Assembly (NCBI GenBank): GCA_964016885.1
Contig: OZ024740.1
Span: 97,340,001 to 97,404,000 of the forward strand
Direction of reading: 5' to 3'
DNA: 64,000 nucleotides
Source: Eledone cirrhosa
Taxonomy: Eukaryota
Positions 1-15,532 of this stretch are shown piece by piece. The notes beneath the pieces were generated by a model. It searched no databases. It saw only the letters and a program-made list of their open reading frames with translations, and was not told where the DNA came from. The translations under genes and the position numbers were made by a program. How positions within the stretch are numbered: position 1 is the stretch's first letter; each line of letters begins with the position of its first letter.

Positions 1-236
1 GTTTTCATCAGATAAAACAGGAAGACATGATATGAAGGTTAAAAAGCACTTGTGGATAGTGCAGTTTTAAATCAACATATATGTTGATTTAAAACTGCAC
101 TATCCACAAGTGCTTTTTAACCTTCATATCATGTCTTCCTGTTTTATCTGATGAAAACACAAATATTATTGCATGATAATATTTGTTTTTGAAATGCGCA
201 TAATAAAATACATGGAACTCTTTTAACCATCTTTTG
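1..236 (+). mobile_element. Palindromic (fold-back) solo pLTR of a Naiad-type PLE, same family as 55377-58455 and 59690-61340
   Basis: 1-158 is an inverted repeat centred at 79/80; the sequence matches the 3' ends at 55377-55540 and 59690-59850. Confidence 0.85.
141..208 (+). ncRNA. Minimal type I hammerhead ribozyme
   Basis: ttttat-CTGATGA-long stem II-GAAA-tgcgca-TA-ataaaa; palindromic stem III. Confidence 0.85.
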
Positions 237-240
237 TTCT

Positions 241-1176
<936 letters not shown>

Positions 1177-2365
1177 ACGATATTAAACAAATGGAAACTA
1201 TATTTATAAAACCATATTTATTTCATTATACATAATTCAGGGATACCATATTAAAAATATGGCATGCCTTCGTCAGATAAAATACAATATATAAACAGTT
1301 TTATAAATAATTTTGACGTACCATAATATAAGCGACCATTAAATTAGGAGGCCACCTTGGTAGCGAAGTGTTTATAATTATTTAGTTATAGTGTTAAGCA
1401 CAGTTAGAAAAAAGACGGAGCAAAAGAAGAAAGGAGGTAAGGAAAAACAGAGAGAGAGAGGGGAGAGAGAAAGAAGGAGGAGGTTGAAAAAGAGACGCAA
1501 CCGAAAGCAACAGATAAATAATAATAATTCACCATACAAATAGAGAGATTCAAGAGAGAGGGAGTACTATATATATAGAGAGAGTACAGTAATTATGTAG
1601 TTATAGTGTTAAGCACAGTTAGAGAAAAGACGGAGAAAAAGAAAAAATGGAGATAAAGAGAAAACTGAGAGAGAGAGGGGGAGGAAAAGAAAGAGAGAGA
1701 GAAAATATAACTAGATAGGGGGAAGTGAAAAACCAAGAGAGAAATAAGAGAGAAATATGAGAGTCAAAACCAAAGCGACAGATACATAATACTTCATCAT
1801 ATATAAAGAGACAGGAGAAAGAGCAATATATATAGAGAGAAGGATACAGTTACATCTTTACGTCATGACATATCAATTTGAATTATCAATTCACATGAAA
1901 TGGATAATAGAATGTAAATATCAAAATTCATGAATGAGACATAGATATATAATATGAGAAAATAACTGTGTTCAATAATTGTTTCTACTATTGGCACAAG
2001 GCCAGCAATTACCCAGTACATTACTGGTACTTTATTTTATCGACCCCGAAAGGATGAAAGGCAAAGTTAACCTCGGCGGGATTTGAACTCAGAATGGCAA
2101 GGGCCGTAACTCTATGCGTCAAAGCATGGCGTCCGACCCTCTACCGATACTGCCAATGACCATACGTTTAGTTTAAAACTCTGAGGTCAATGTACCAAAA
2201 TTTGAGATAAACCTTCAAAAAATTACCCTATTTATAAAAATATGGTTTTATAAATATAGTTTCCATTTGTTTAATATCGTATATCTACTCCAAAAACTTG
2301 TCGAGTGCTTCATATCAGTTATAAAATATTTACTTGTTGTAAACAAACAATTTTAAATAAAACTT
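1177..2365 (-). mobile_element. Solo PLE pLTR/3'UTR related to the 15.5-21.4 kb Naiad, with an inverted tail and a degenerate HHR (~1228-1280)
   Basis: 1177-1310 resembles 15619-15750; ~2240-2282 is an inverted copy of 1177-1220; CTGACGA core on the minus strand. Confidence 0.7.
1976..2157 (-). mobile_element. tRNA-derived SINE (Octopus-like core)
   Basis: Minus strand shows an A-box-like TGGCAGTATCGG, B box GAGTTCAAATCC and core GCCTTTCATCCTTTCGGGGTCGATAAA; second copy at 53151-53336. Confidence 0.85.
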
Positions 2366-2413
2366 TTGCATATATATATATATAATATATATAATATATA
2401 TATATATATATTA

Positions 2414-2509
<96 letters not shown>

Positions 2510-2575
2510 ATATATATATATATATTATATATATATTATATATATATATTATATATATATTATATATACATATAT

Positions 2576-2661
<86 letters not shown>

Positions 2662-2666
<5 letters not shown>

Positions 2667-3110
2667 AATTAAAGTTAAATAAAAGTCAAATGATTAAAAT
2701 TTAGCTTCGTTTATTACTGCTATATATATTTCAGTGACAGCCATCTTTGGCTGTGACCTCTTCAGGCAGTTTGAATTAGTATGGTATAGACAAGTACATA
2801 TTTTATTTAGGTCTATGATATTGTCAATACTCTGATATGCCCAGTTCCTTGTTGGGTTGTTAATTCACTGTGGAACTGGAGTCGTATGAATTCAAACAAA
2901 CGAATTTTCGTGTTACAGGTCCCCTTCTCCTCTCATTGGTCAGTTATTAGAACATTCCTCATTCTAAGTGTTGTTATTGTTGGAGTTAGCTTAAAAATTG
3001 ATAAAATGGTCGAAGGGACAAGGTGTTAAAGGAACAAAATAACAAAAAAAGTGTCAAACTTCCCATTGTTCAGTTTTGAGAGCATTCCTCAGTCAGAAGT
3101 CTATAGAATT
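2662..3110 (-). mobile_element. Solo pLTR with HHR at 2715-2770
   Basis: Minus strand: actgc-CTGAAGA-stem II-GAAA-tatata-TA-gcagt; begins directly after (TA)n. Confidence 0.7.
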
Positions 3111-3115
3111 CTTTC

Positions 3116-3898
<783 letters not shown>

Positions 3899-3944
3899 AT
3901 TTATTATATATATTATATATAATATATATATATATATATATATG

Positions 3945-4022
<78 letters not shown>

Positions 4023-4483
4023 AAATTTCCGTTGAAAACAGAAAAGGTCATAGAAGTGAAGAGTGCTCTATGTAAGTACCAGAGCAAAATTAAATGTATA
4101 AAAATCAATACAATTAATTCCCTCATTACCAGAGGTTTCCCGAATGAGGCGAATACGAAGAAACGTCTTCATTCGTTCGTCAGAAGAGGCAATATAAAAC
4201 ATGAGTAAATACTTGGAAAATCTCATCAAGAAAAAAAATATATATATATATATATATATATAGACAAATGAATTACAATATGAAATATATAAAAATCTTT
4301 CAAGAAATATAGTTAGATGTGTGTATATACGCTCACAGATGTGCATATATGTGTATGCACAAATGTATACGTATAGTGAAAAAGTGTGCGTAAATATATA
4401 TTTTAGGGCAAATGTATCTGTGTATCTGTAAACTACAGACAGAATAGATACATCATAAGAAAATGAAGGCACGCGCATAAACA

Positions 4484-4980
4484 TAAAAAATAAAAAATAA
4501 AAAATAAAAAATAAAAAATAAAAAATAAAAAATAAAAAATAAAAAATAAAAAATAAATAATAAATAATAAAAAATAAAAAATAAAAAATAAAAAATAAAA
4601 AATAAAAAATAAAAAATAAAAATAAAAATAAAAATAAAAATAAAAATTAAAATAAAAATTAAAATAAAAAAATAAAAATAAAAATAAAAATAAAAATAAA
4701 AATAAAAATAAAAATAAAAATAAAAATAAAAATAAAAATAAAAATAAAAATAAAAATAGAAATAAAAAATATCTGGAGTGGAAAACGCAAGTAACCGGTT
4801 TAATCAGTTAGTGAAGAAAATAGGGAAGTAAAAAATGGAAAGTGAAGATATTAGGTAAGTGAATCGGAGAATAAAGGGGGGGGGGATGTGAAGTAAAAAT
4901 AAAAAATATATAAAAATAAAAATAAAAATAAAAATAAAAATAAAAATAAAAATAAAAATAAAAATAAAAATAAAAATAAA
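4484..4980. repeat. (AAAAAT)n/(AAAAT)n tracts in the Naiad 3' UTR
   Basis: Direct reading at 4484-4770 and 4915-4980. Confidence 0.9.
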
Positions 4981-5049
4981 TGAAATTAATAATAAGGATA
5001 AAAATGAAAGTAAATCAGAAAGGGTAATTATAAAGAGTATAATAAGAGT

Positions 5050-7161
5050 TTATGGAGGATAAGTATCTGAAAGTGTGTTAAGTTTATATGAGCTGGAAAG
5101 CAGGTGTGATTTCATGTGTGGGCAACTGGTGAAAATTTCCGTCTTTGTGTTCAGGTCTTTGGTGATTTAAGATTTTGCTAGATCCAATATTTTTCATTTA
5201 TGCAGAGCGTGCATTTTCTTGTTCCTCTTGCATATTCTTTAGATTGGTTCAAAATTATTGACCAATCCAATTTATATTGGATGCCTTGGTCTTTCAAATC
5301 CCAAATTCTGCTAGCCAGAGCTGTTGTAAATCTTTTTTCTGGATGTCGAAAGGATGCGACATGTGAGTAATAACGCGTTTTGAATTTGTCTTGCGTCATA
5401 CCCACATATCGTTCACTGGTGGCTGGATGGTTATTGCTGATGGTTGTCACTTTAGCCGCATATACGCTTTGGTGTTGCATTTACCTTGATTCTACAGGAG
5501 CAATTTTGATTTTCTCTAGGTGATTTTTTGTTGATGATATAGGGTTTAATATGGGGACCGCAGGAATAGCTAATTTTGACACAGTTCTGTTAAAGATCTA
5601 ATAGTATCTATCTGTTCTAGGGAAATGTTTATCTAGGAGCTCTAGGAATGTTTTGCCTACATTAGTTTTAACTGCTAGCGAATAGTGGGGTGTGAACCAG
5701 ATTATTTTTCTTTTCCTGTTTTTATGTTTAATAGAGCTAGTATAGTTGGGTATGTATTTAATCGGTTCGCTAAAACCGCTATTTTGGAGGGCTTTATTAT
5801 AGTAGGGGGATGCCTTATTAAAAATAGCTTCTGGGGAAGAGAGGGTGGAGATCCTACGGCTAATATTAGGGATAAGGTTTTTAAAAACTATAGGAGAATG
5901 GCAAGAGCCTTTATTTATATAATTTAAGTTTTCATTAGGTTTATGGTATGGTTTATAAGAAGCAGTAGGCAAATCTAGGTTTATATCTAGGAAATCTACA
6001 TTGGAAAGGTTAGTGTCAATAGTAATTTTAAGATTAAAACTAGCGAAGGTTTTTATTAAGTCTTTCCTTAATCTATCTAAGTTATGGCCTATGGTGGTAT
6101 GGGAAAGTATTAGACCATCGTCGCGATAAAGCCCAAAAATATGGTTAGGAAACTTTTCTTTAAGTGTATGTAGGAGGAATAGGCCGACCAAATCACAAAC
6201 ATCAGCAGTCATAAGAGCCCATTGGGACATCGAATGGGCTCTCTGGGTTAGATATTTTTACCCAAGCTTCATTATCAGTAAAGAGTAGAGTGTTTCTAGC
6301 GTGCAAGATGACATTCTCTTCAATATCGGAGATATTAGTAAACCTTCTAGCGAAATTTAAAGCTTTCGCTAAAAGGATCTGAGTGATAGATGGGTAGCAA
6401 TCTACAATGTCAAATTGGGTGAATCTAGAACTATTTTTGTTTTTAATTTTATTAAACCAATGTACTACGGAAGAGCTATTTATCCATTCGAGTAATTTAG
6501 ACTTATTTCTAATGTGTGTATTTATATTATTTAAAATTTTTTTGCTGGCAAGACCAATATCAGTCTTAGCAGGGTTGATTAATCTACAACTAGGACGATT
6601 AATAAAGTCGGGTTTGTGATCTTTAAGGGTGGTGTACGCATTACGTTTAGCAAGTTTTTCTGTCCTATTATCTACTTTTTAAGAAACAGCTAATTCTTTA
6701 GCTTCCTTATTTATATTACGATACGTGTTTATATTAGCTATTTGGTATTTAGAGGTGATATTATCTATTAATAGTTGGTCGTGTAAATTATTGTTAACTT
6801 CATATAGGTTTTTAGGTTTATCGGAGAAGATGAACTTATTATTAGAAGATTTGAATGTTGAAATATCATTAGATAGTTTAGATTGAAAAGGGTTAGGGTA
6901 CTTACGAAAATTGATATTGTTGATTAGGTTAACTAGGTGTAATTCAAAAGCGGTCATATCTTTTACTCTTTGCGGGTATTTATGAGTTTTGATGTCAAAA
7001 TATTCCGTAGAATCCGTGTTAAAGTGTCCATCGAGAATCAAAGCTTTCCATCTCATTCTTTTAACAACCTTCTCTACTTTGTCTATCAGTATTTACGTGT
7101 AGAGAGTGTTAGAAGGTGTTGGGATATTCTTTACAGAGTAATCCAAAGGGTATCTATCCAT
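5050..7161 (-). pseudogene. Naiad RT + GIY-YIG polyprotein with stops and frameshifts
   Basis: MDRYPLDYSVKNIP...KRMRWKA, GLYRDDG, VDFLD, IIWFTP, YVG...FKTRY..H, CTLC..EK, terminal CPH. Confidence 0.9.
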
Positions 7162-7997
7162 GTTCAGTATTGGTTTAAAATCCTATGACTGAAGAGTGCT
7201 CGACTTTAAAAGGGCTGGAAGGTGCCAATCTCAGAAAGATGTAAAATATGCTGCGTTCATTCCCTTGGGAGCTGTATAAGTATTGAAATTTCCGTTGAAA
7301 ACAGAAAAGGTCATAGAAGTGAAGAGTGCTCTACGTATCGAATTTATGGATGTGTAAGTGTGCGTGTGTATATAAGCATGTATATTTTTGTGTTTCTCTT
7401 GTGAGATATATGTGTGTGCGTATGCGTGTAACTTGTTTGTCTTCTTTTCTTTAATTTTTTCTTTCTAAATTATTGTTCCATTTTTATAAATATATCGACA
7501 TTGATACTTTCCTTTAATTATTACACTCCCTTACCACTTTTACTTCCGCATATAAGTGTACGTGTGTGTAGGTGTGTTTATGCGCGTGCCTTCATATTCT
7601 TATGATGTATCTATTCTGTTTGTAGTTTACAGATACACAGATACATTTGCCCTAAAATATATATTTACGCACACTTTTTCACTATACGTATACATTTGTG
7701 CATAAACATATATGCACATCTGTGAGCGTATATACATACATATACACACACCTAACTATATTTCTTGAATGATTTTTATATATTTCATATTGTAATTCTA
7801 TTGTCTATATATATATATATTTTTTTTTGCTTTTCTTGATGAGACTTTCCAAGTATTTACCCATGTTTTATATTGCCTCGTCTGACGAACGAATGAAGAC
7901 GTTTCTTTCGTATTCGTATTCCGGAAACCTCTGGTAATGAGGTAATTATATTGTATTGATTTTAATACATTATATAATATATATATATATATATATA

Positions 7998-8210
7998 TAC
8001 TGTTATATGCCTTGAAAAGTCCCACCATATGGTCGGCCGAAACGGCTGTCGGCAATAAACTTGTTATAATGTCATAATAGTTCCTTTGTTCTTTTTCATT
8101 AATATTTCTGCTCTGCTTATATGCATAGAGCTTAACTAGCTACCGTCGCATATTTGGTAGGTCAGGCGTGATCATCGCGATTCACGTACGACCTACCATA
8201 CATCTTGCTT
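7998..8210 (+). mobile_element. HHR-bearing pLTR 3' module (copies at 9792-10001, 12402-12612, 22834-23043)
   Basis: Four ~210-bp near-identical copies, each bounded by (TA)n. Confidence 0.85.
8008..8054 (+). ncRNA. Type I HHR with U3-A8 core (copies 9801-9847, 12411-12456, 22841-22887)
   Basis: tgcc-TTGAAAA-gtcc...gg(a/c)c-GAAA-cggctg-TC-ggca. Confidence 0.75.
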
Positions 8211-8228
8211 ATATATATATATATATAT

Positions 8229-8395
<167 letters not shown>

Positions 8396-8407
8396 TATAT
8401 ATATATC

Positions 8408-9219
<812 letters not shown>

Positions 9220-9230
9220 TTTATATATAT

Positions 9231-9331
<101 letters not shown>

Positions 9332-9729
9332 AATAGAATAATCGAGTATCGGAAAATCAGCTCACGAATTTACGATAAACAAATCCGACATGAGTGGCGG
9401 AGGGCTCAATAATTCAGATAAATCAGAGCTATAACTATCGTTAAAATACCAACACACAAAGATTATGCCTAAAATCACCCATGCAGCCGAAACATAACGA
9501 CCAGGAAGATTCGGGTCACTCAGATAAAATATCAATAAATCAATAATTTATATGAATGTAAAAACTTACCCGGACCCACTAGAAAGATGGTAAATCTAGC
9601 TTCTTGGGTTTCTGCAATTCCTTAATCCGCCCCCTATCAGCCCACATAAAAATATATAAGACTTCTAGGGAGCGGATGGACCGCAACACTTTATCAACGG
9701 GTTATGTCCAACGGGTTATATTATATATA

Positions 9730-9773
<44 letters not shown>

Positions 9774-10001
9774 ATATATATATATATATATACTGTTATA
9801 TGCCTTGAAAAGTCCCATAATATGGTCGGACGAAACGGCTGTCGGCAATAAACTTGTTATAATATCATAATAGTTCCTTTGTTCTTTTTCATTAATATTT
9901 CTGCTCTGCTTATACGCATAGAGCTTAACTAGCTACCGTCGCATATTTGGGAGGTCAGGCGTGATCATCGCGATTCACGTACGACCTACCATGCATCTTG
10001 C

Positions 10002-10074
<73 letters not shown>

Positions 10075-10102
10075 ATACATATATATAAATATATATATAT
10101 AT

Positions 10103-10240
<138 letters not shown>

Positions 10241-10355
10241 ATATATTATATATATATATATATTATATATATATATATATATATTTATATTATATATATA
10301 TATATTTATATTATATATATATATATATTCTATATATATATATATATATTATATA

Positions 10356-10434
<79 letters not shown>

Positions 10435-10535
10435 ATTATATATATATTATATATATATATATATATCATATATATATATATATTATATATATATATATAT
10501 ATATGATATATATATATTATATATATATTATATAT

Positions 10536-10613
<78 letters not shown>

Positions 10614-10837
10614 ATATATTATATATGTATATATATTTCATATATTATATATATATATATATATTATATATATATATATTATATATATATTATATATATA
10701 TATATATGATATATATATTATATATATATTACATATATATATACATATATTATATATATATTATATATATATTATATATATATATATTATATATATATTA
10801 TATATATATATATTATATATATACTATATATATATAT

Positions 10838-10870
<33 letters not shown>

Positions 10871-10871
10871 C

Positions 10872-10945
<74 letters not shown>

Positions 10946-10950
<5 letters not shown>

Positions 10951-12195
10951 TATTGAAGTTTGCTTGAAGCATTGTGGAACAATAAGTAAATAACTTTAAG
11001 TCGTTTGGAAGCCTCGACAATGCAAATGGGTAAATCTGCGGGTAACAAGGTCCGGTGGTGGAGAGAGAGATGTAAGCGGGTGTACGTTGAGATGCGTGGT
11101 GTGTATAAGATGTGTGAGATGTGTAGAATGAAGGGAAGAGTATAAAGGATAAAAATAAAAATAACAACACAAGAGAGAGTTACGTTGGGAGAGATTTAAT
11201 AGTCCCTATATATTTCTGATTCACATCCATCAACTGGGGGTTTTTCCGGGGTGGGGGAAAAGGTTGTATGTCGGACAAGTCCGGAACGCGTCTTTCGCTG
11301 TTTGTTGTTTTGAATATCTGAGGTATTCGGCAGAGCGCGCGTGCGCGTGAAATAGGGTCGGTTGTACAGAGGTCAGCGGCCGAATGAGGGAGTGGGATGG
11401 CGCTAGCTGTCAGTCCATTCTCTGTCTGTTTGTTAAATGTTACTGTGTGTGTCTGCGTGTGTTGTTGTCTCGCTTGAGTGTGTGTGTGTGTGTGTGTGTT
11501 GTTGCCTTGTTCATCTGTATTGGCAGTGTAGTATGTTCGTATGGTGGAATGCTACTGTGTGTGTGTGCGTGTGTGTGTGTAGTTGTCTCGTTTGCGTGTG
11601 TGTGTGTGTGCGTGTGTTGTGTGTTGTTGCATCGCTTGTTAACTTAAACCAGCCATTTCATTTCGCTTCTCTCTGATCGGTTGTTTATTTGCGGGAGCAG
11701 TCGTTTGATAAAAAGCGCTTCCTTGATACGTAACGTGCCGACGTTTCTTTCAGTCGCTAGAATTGTGACAATAGGCCTTCCGTCTTTGTTTCCGCATTTG
11801 TCTATGTGTTTCCGGAAAGACGCGGCCCTAGTTTAGTGTGTTCCTTGATCCGGATGTGCAAAGGTCGAATTGTGCTACCTATGTAGTATTGGTTGCACCT
11901 GTCACATTCTATCTCATACACGACGTATGTGCGTAGGCAACAGTTAGTATGGCATATCGGGCAGTCTCTGAGGGAGCATGGGTCAGTAGATTTTTCGGGT
12001 TTCCTGGAGAGGCATCTTCGCAGGGAGGGGCGCGAGTGGGCCAGGTGGATGTCGACGCCCTCCCTCCGTATAGCCTTGCGGATAGCGTTGGGGGTTTTCT
12101 CGCCCAGGTGTGGCATTTTAAGGAAGCACTTGCCTTGGGTGCTTCTCTGTCTCTTGCGTCTGGTGTCTCCTATTCTGTCTGTGATCGAGGTAGGG
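10946..12195 (-). mobile_element. 5'-truncated Nematis/Neptune-like PLE (GIY-YIG end plus 3' UTR)
   Basis: ORF 11802-12116: CSLRDCPIC...VVYEIECDRCNQYYIGSTIRPLHIRIKEH; flanked by (TA)n. Confidence 0.85.
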
Positions 12196-12234
12196 TATAT
12201 ATATATATATTATATATATATATATATATATATC

Positions 12235-12381
<147 letters not shown>

Positions 12382-12716
12382 TAATATATATATATATATA
12401 TACTGTTATATGCCTTGAAAAGTCCCACATATGGTCGGACGAAACGGCTGTCGGGAATAAACTTGTTATAATGTCAGAATAGTTCATTTGTTCTTTTTCA
12501 TTAATATTTCTGCTCTGCTTATACGCATAGAGCTTAACTAGCTACCGTCGGATATTTGGTAGGTCAGGCGTGATCATCGCGATTCACGTACGACCTACCA
12601 TACATCTTGCTTATATACATATATATATTATATATATATATATATATGTTATATATGTATATATTATATATATATATATAAATATATATATTATATATAT
12701 ATATATATATATAGTA

Positions 12717-14823
12717 ATAATAATAAAATTGAAGACTAAAATCCAAAGAGGGCTCGATAAGGAAAATATATATCAAATATATAAGGACCGTAGAGTAAAT
12801 ATTTATTAAAATAACAGATTAAAGTTTAAGCAAAGAATCGCTGCTTTCACCCTTAACGGGATCTTCTGAAACTAACAAAGTCAATCTGTAAACGCAGAAC
12901 TGGATAGTTAAAAAAACGTTGCAACCGGAGGAAGACGATACTTTGGTTCGTGGTAACGTTCGCTGGCAAAGAACGGGAAAAAACGAATAATACGTCATTA
13001 ATAGGAGCGGTGAAAAACAAATACGCGCAAAGACAAAACCACGTTAATGGTATAAAAGAGGTCGTAGACTAATGTTCTCTTAGGTGGTGCATAGAGACGT
13101 TCTCTGGCAATGAACGAAAAAACGAAGATAATAAGTCATATGTGGAGCGGGGAGAACAAAAGCACGCAAAGACAAAACCACGTAAATGGTAAAGCAGATG
13201 TCGTAGACTAAAATTCTAACTAGGAGACCAAATGAATCTCCGCTACAGAGTTAAGAACAAAGTAAATAAATACAATACAGAAGTAATAGAAACAAATAAA
13301 TACATACACGCAAACAGATACGTACATACACAAGCATACGCAAAATCTTACCATAGGTATACAAAACCACGCACATATAAATATGTGTGTGTGTATGCTT
13401 GTGTACAAATAAATAAATAATTATATAAACGTATATAAGTAAATAAATACGTATATAACAAGCGCACACACATACCTACATATAAATACACGAATGTTCG
13501 GAGACGTAAGTCAACTAAAACAAGAAGTACACATATACACACACCCACCATACGTACGAACCTGCATACTCACTCGGACGCAAAACTCCCGTATACACAT
13601 AGCCAAACCTAAATACCAGAATATGTAAAAATGATACGCCATAACAGTCAAATATACGTACGAGAAAGTATACTTACCTTCACAAAACATACAGGTAATA
13701 TGTACTTACCTATGCAAATAAGTAAAGGAATAAACAAAACATATACTTAGCTCCCACATCAAGACGTAAAATATCCACGTACAGATCGTACTATCCGTTA
13801 GGGTATAACGTGGGGCTGTAATACAGGAAAGTTTTGTGCAATTTATGTTTACAAGCCGAAATTGCCTCAGATTTTTTGTTTAAGATGTGGTCTGTGGCGT
13901 AGAGTATTTCCAGGGCCTCAGCGGCGCAGAGGTCTCATGGTCTTTTATTTCCGTTATACGATCTATCCCTAGCTAGGATCTCCCAGTGTAACTTTTATTG
14001 GGTGTGGTTGTCTTTTAGACTCCAGATATAAGCTGAAAGTGACGTCATATTCCTTCTTAGAGGGTAACGAAAAGAATGGGTATGCATGTAAAGACGCTGC
14101 TTGAAACTATTGGCGTTTAACCCTATGTAGGCCCTACGGGACGTGGGTGTTACAACCTTACATTTGTAGACAATGTTACTAGAGAGGCATTTCCCGGATA
14201 TTTATTTATTTGTACACAAGCATACGCACACACACATATTTATATGTGCGTGGTTTTGTATACCTATGGTAAGGTTTTGCGTATGCTTGTGTATGTACGT
14301 ATCTGTTTGCGTGTATGTATTTATTTGTTTCTATTACTTCTGTATTGTATTTATTTACTTTGTTCTTAACTCTGTAGCGGAGATTCATTTGGTCTCCTAG
14401 TTAGAATTTTAGTCTACGACTTCTGCTTTAACATTTACGTGGTTTTGTCTTTGCGTGCTCTTGTTCTCCACGCTCCACATATGACTTATTATCTTCGTTT
14501 TTTCGTTCATTGCCAGAGAACGTCTCTATGCACCACCTAAGAGAACATTAGTCTACGACCTCTTTTATACCATTAACGTGGTTTTGTCTTTGCGCGTATT
14601 TGTTTTTCACCGCTCCTATTAATGACGTATTATTCGTTTTTTCCCGTTCTTTGCCAGCGAACGTTACCACGAACCAAAGTATCGTCTTCCTGTCTTCTCC
14701 GGTTGCAACGTTTTTTGAAATATCCAGTTCTGCGTTTACAGATTGACTTTGTTAGTTTCAGAAGATCCCGTTAAGGGTGAAAGCAGCGATTCTTTGCTTA
14801 AACTTTAATCTGTTATTTTAATA

Positions 14824-14920
<97 letters not shown>

Positions 14921-15185
14921 ATTTATTAAACTAACAGATTAAAGTTTAAGCAAAGAATCCCTGCTTTCACCCTTAACGGGATCTTCTGAAACTAACAAAT
15001 TCAATCTGTAAACGCAGTTTACAGATTGACTTTGTTAGTTTCAGAAGATCCCGTTAAGGGTGAAAGCAGCGATTCTTTGCTTAAACTTTAATCTGTTATT
15101 TTAATAAATATTTGCTCTACGGTTCTTATATATCTGATATATATTTTCCCTCTTTGGATTTTAGTCTTCAATTTTATTATTATTA
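12717..15185 (-). mobile_element. 5'-truncated Naiad (endonuclease end at ~13800-14195) with inverted pLTR copies
   Basis: Minus strand: NIVYKCKV...YIG...FKQR...DLCAAE...CKH; 14200-14827 is the reverse complement of 12802-13417; small fold-back at 14923-15185. Confidence 0.85.
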
Positions 15186-15191
15186 CTATAT

Positions 15192-15290
<99 letters not shown>

Positions 15291-15448
15291 ACATTATATA
15301 TATATATATATATTATATATATATATATTATATATATATATATTTATATATTATATATATATATATTATATATATATATATATTATATATATATATATAT
15401 ATATTGTATATATTATATATATATATATATATATTATATTTATATATA

Positions 15449-15517
<69 letters not shown>

Positions 15518-15532
15518 ATATATATTATATAT

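Larger units (their letters stand above)
4016..7975 (-). mobile_element. Full-length degenerate Naiad-type PLE with 3' pLTR and inverted 5' pLTR
   Basis: 4021-4070 is repeated at 7282-7333; ~7575-7975 is an inverted copy of ~4085-4484; HHRs at 4120-4192 (-) and 7872-7946 (+); flanked by (TA)n. Confidence 0.9.

Noticed and set aside
2060-2157. tRNA gene
   Set aside because: The A/B boxes belong to a SINE head; there is no complete cloverleaf.
5050-7161. Selenocysteine recoding, as reported for some Naiads
   Set aside because: The stops I checked are TAG/TAA and not TGA at cysteine positions; no SECIS was recognised.
12717-15185. DNA transposon/MITE or foldback element with terminal inverted repeats
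   Set aside because: The inverted repeats are PLE pLTRs flanking GIY-YIG remnants; no transposase is present.
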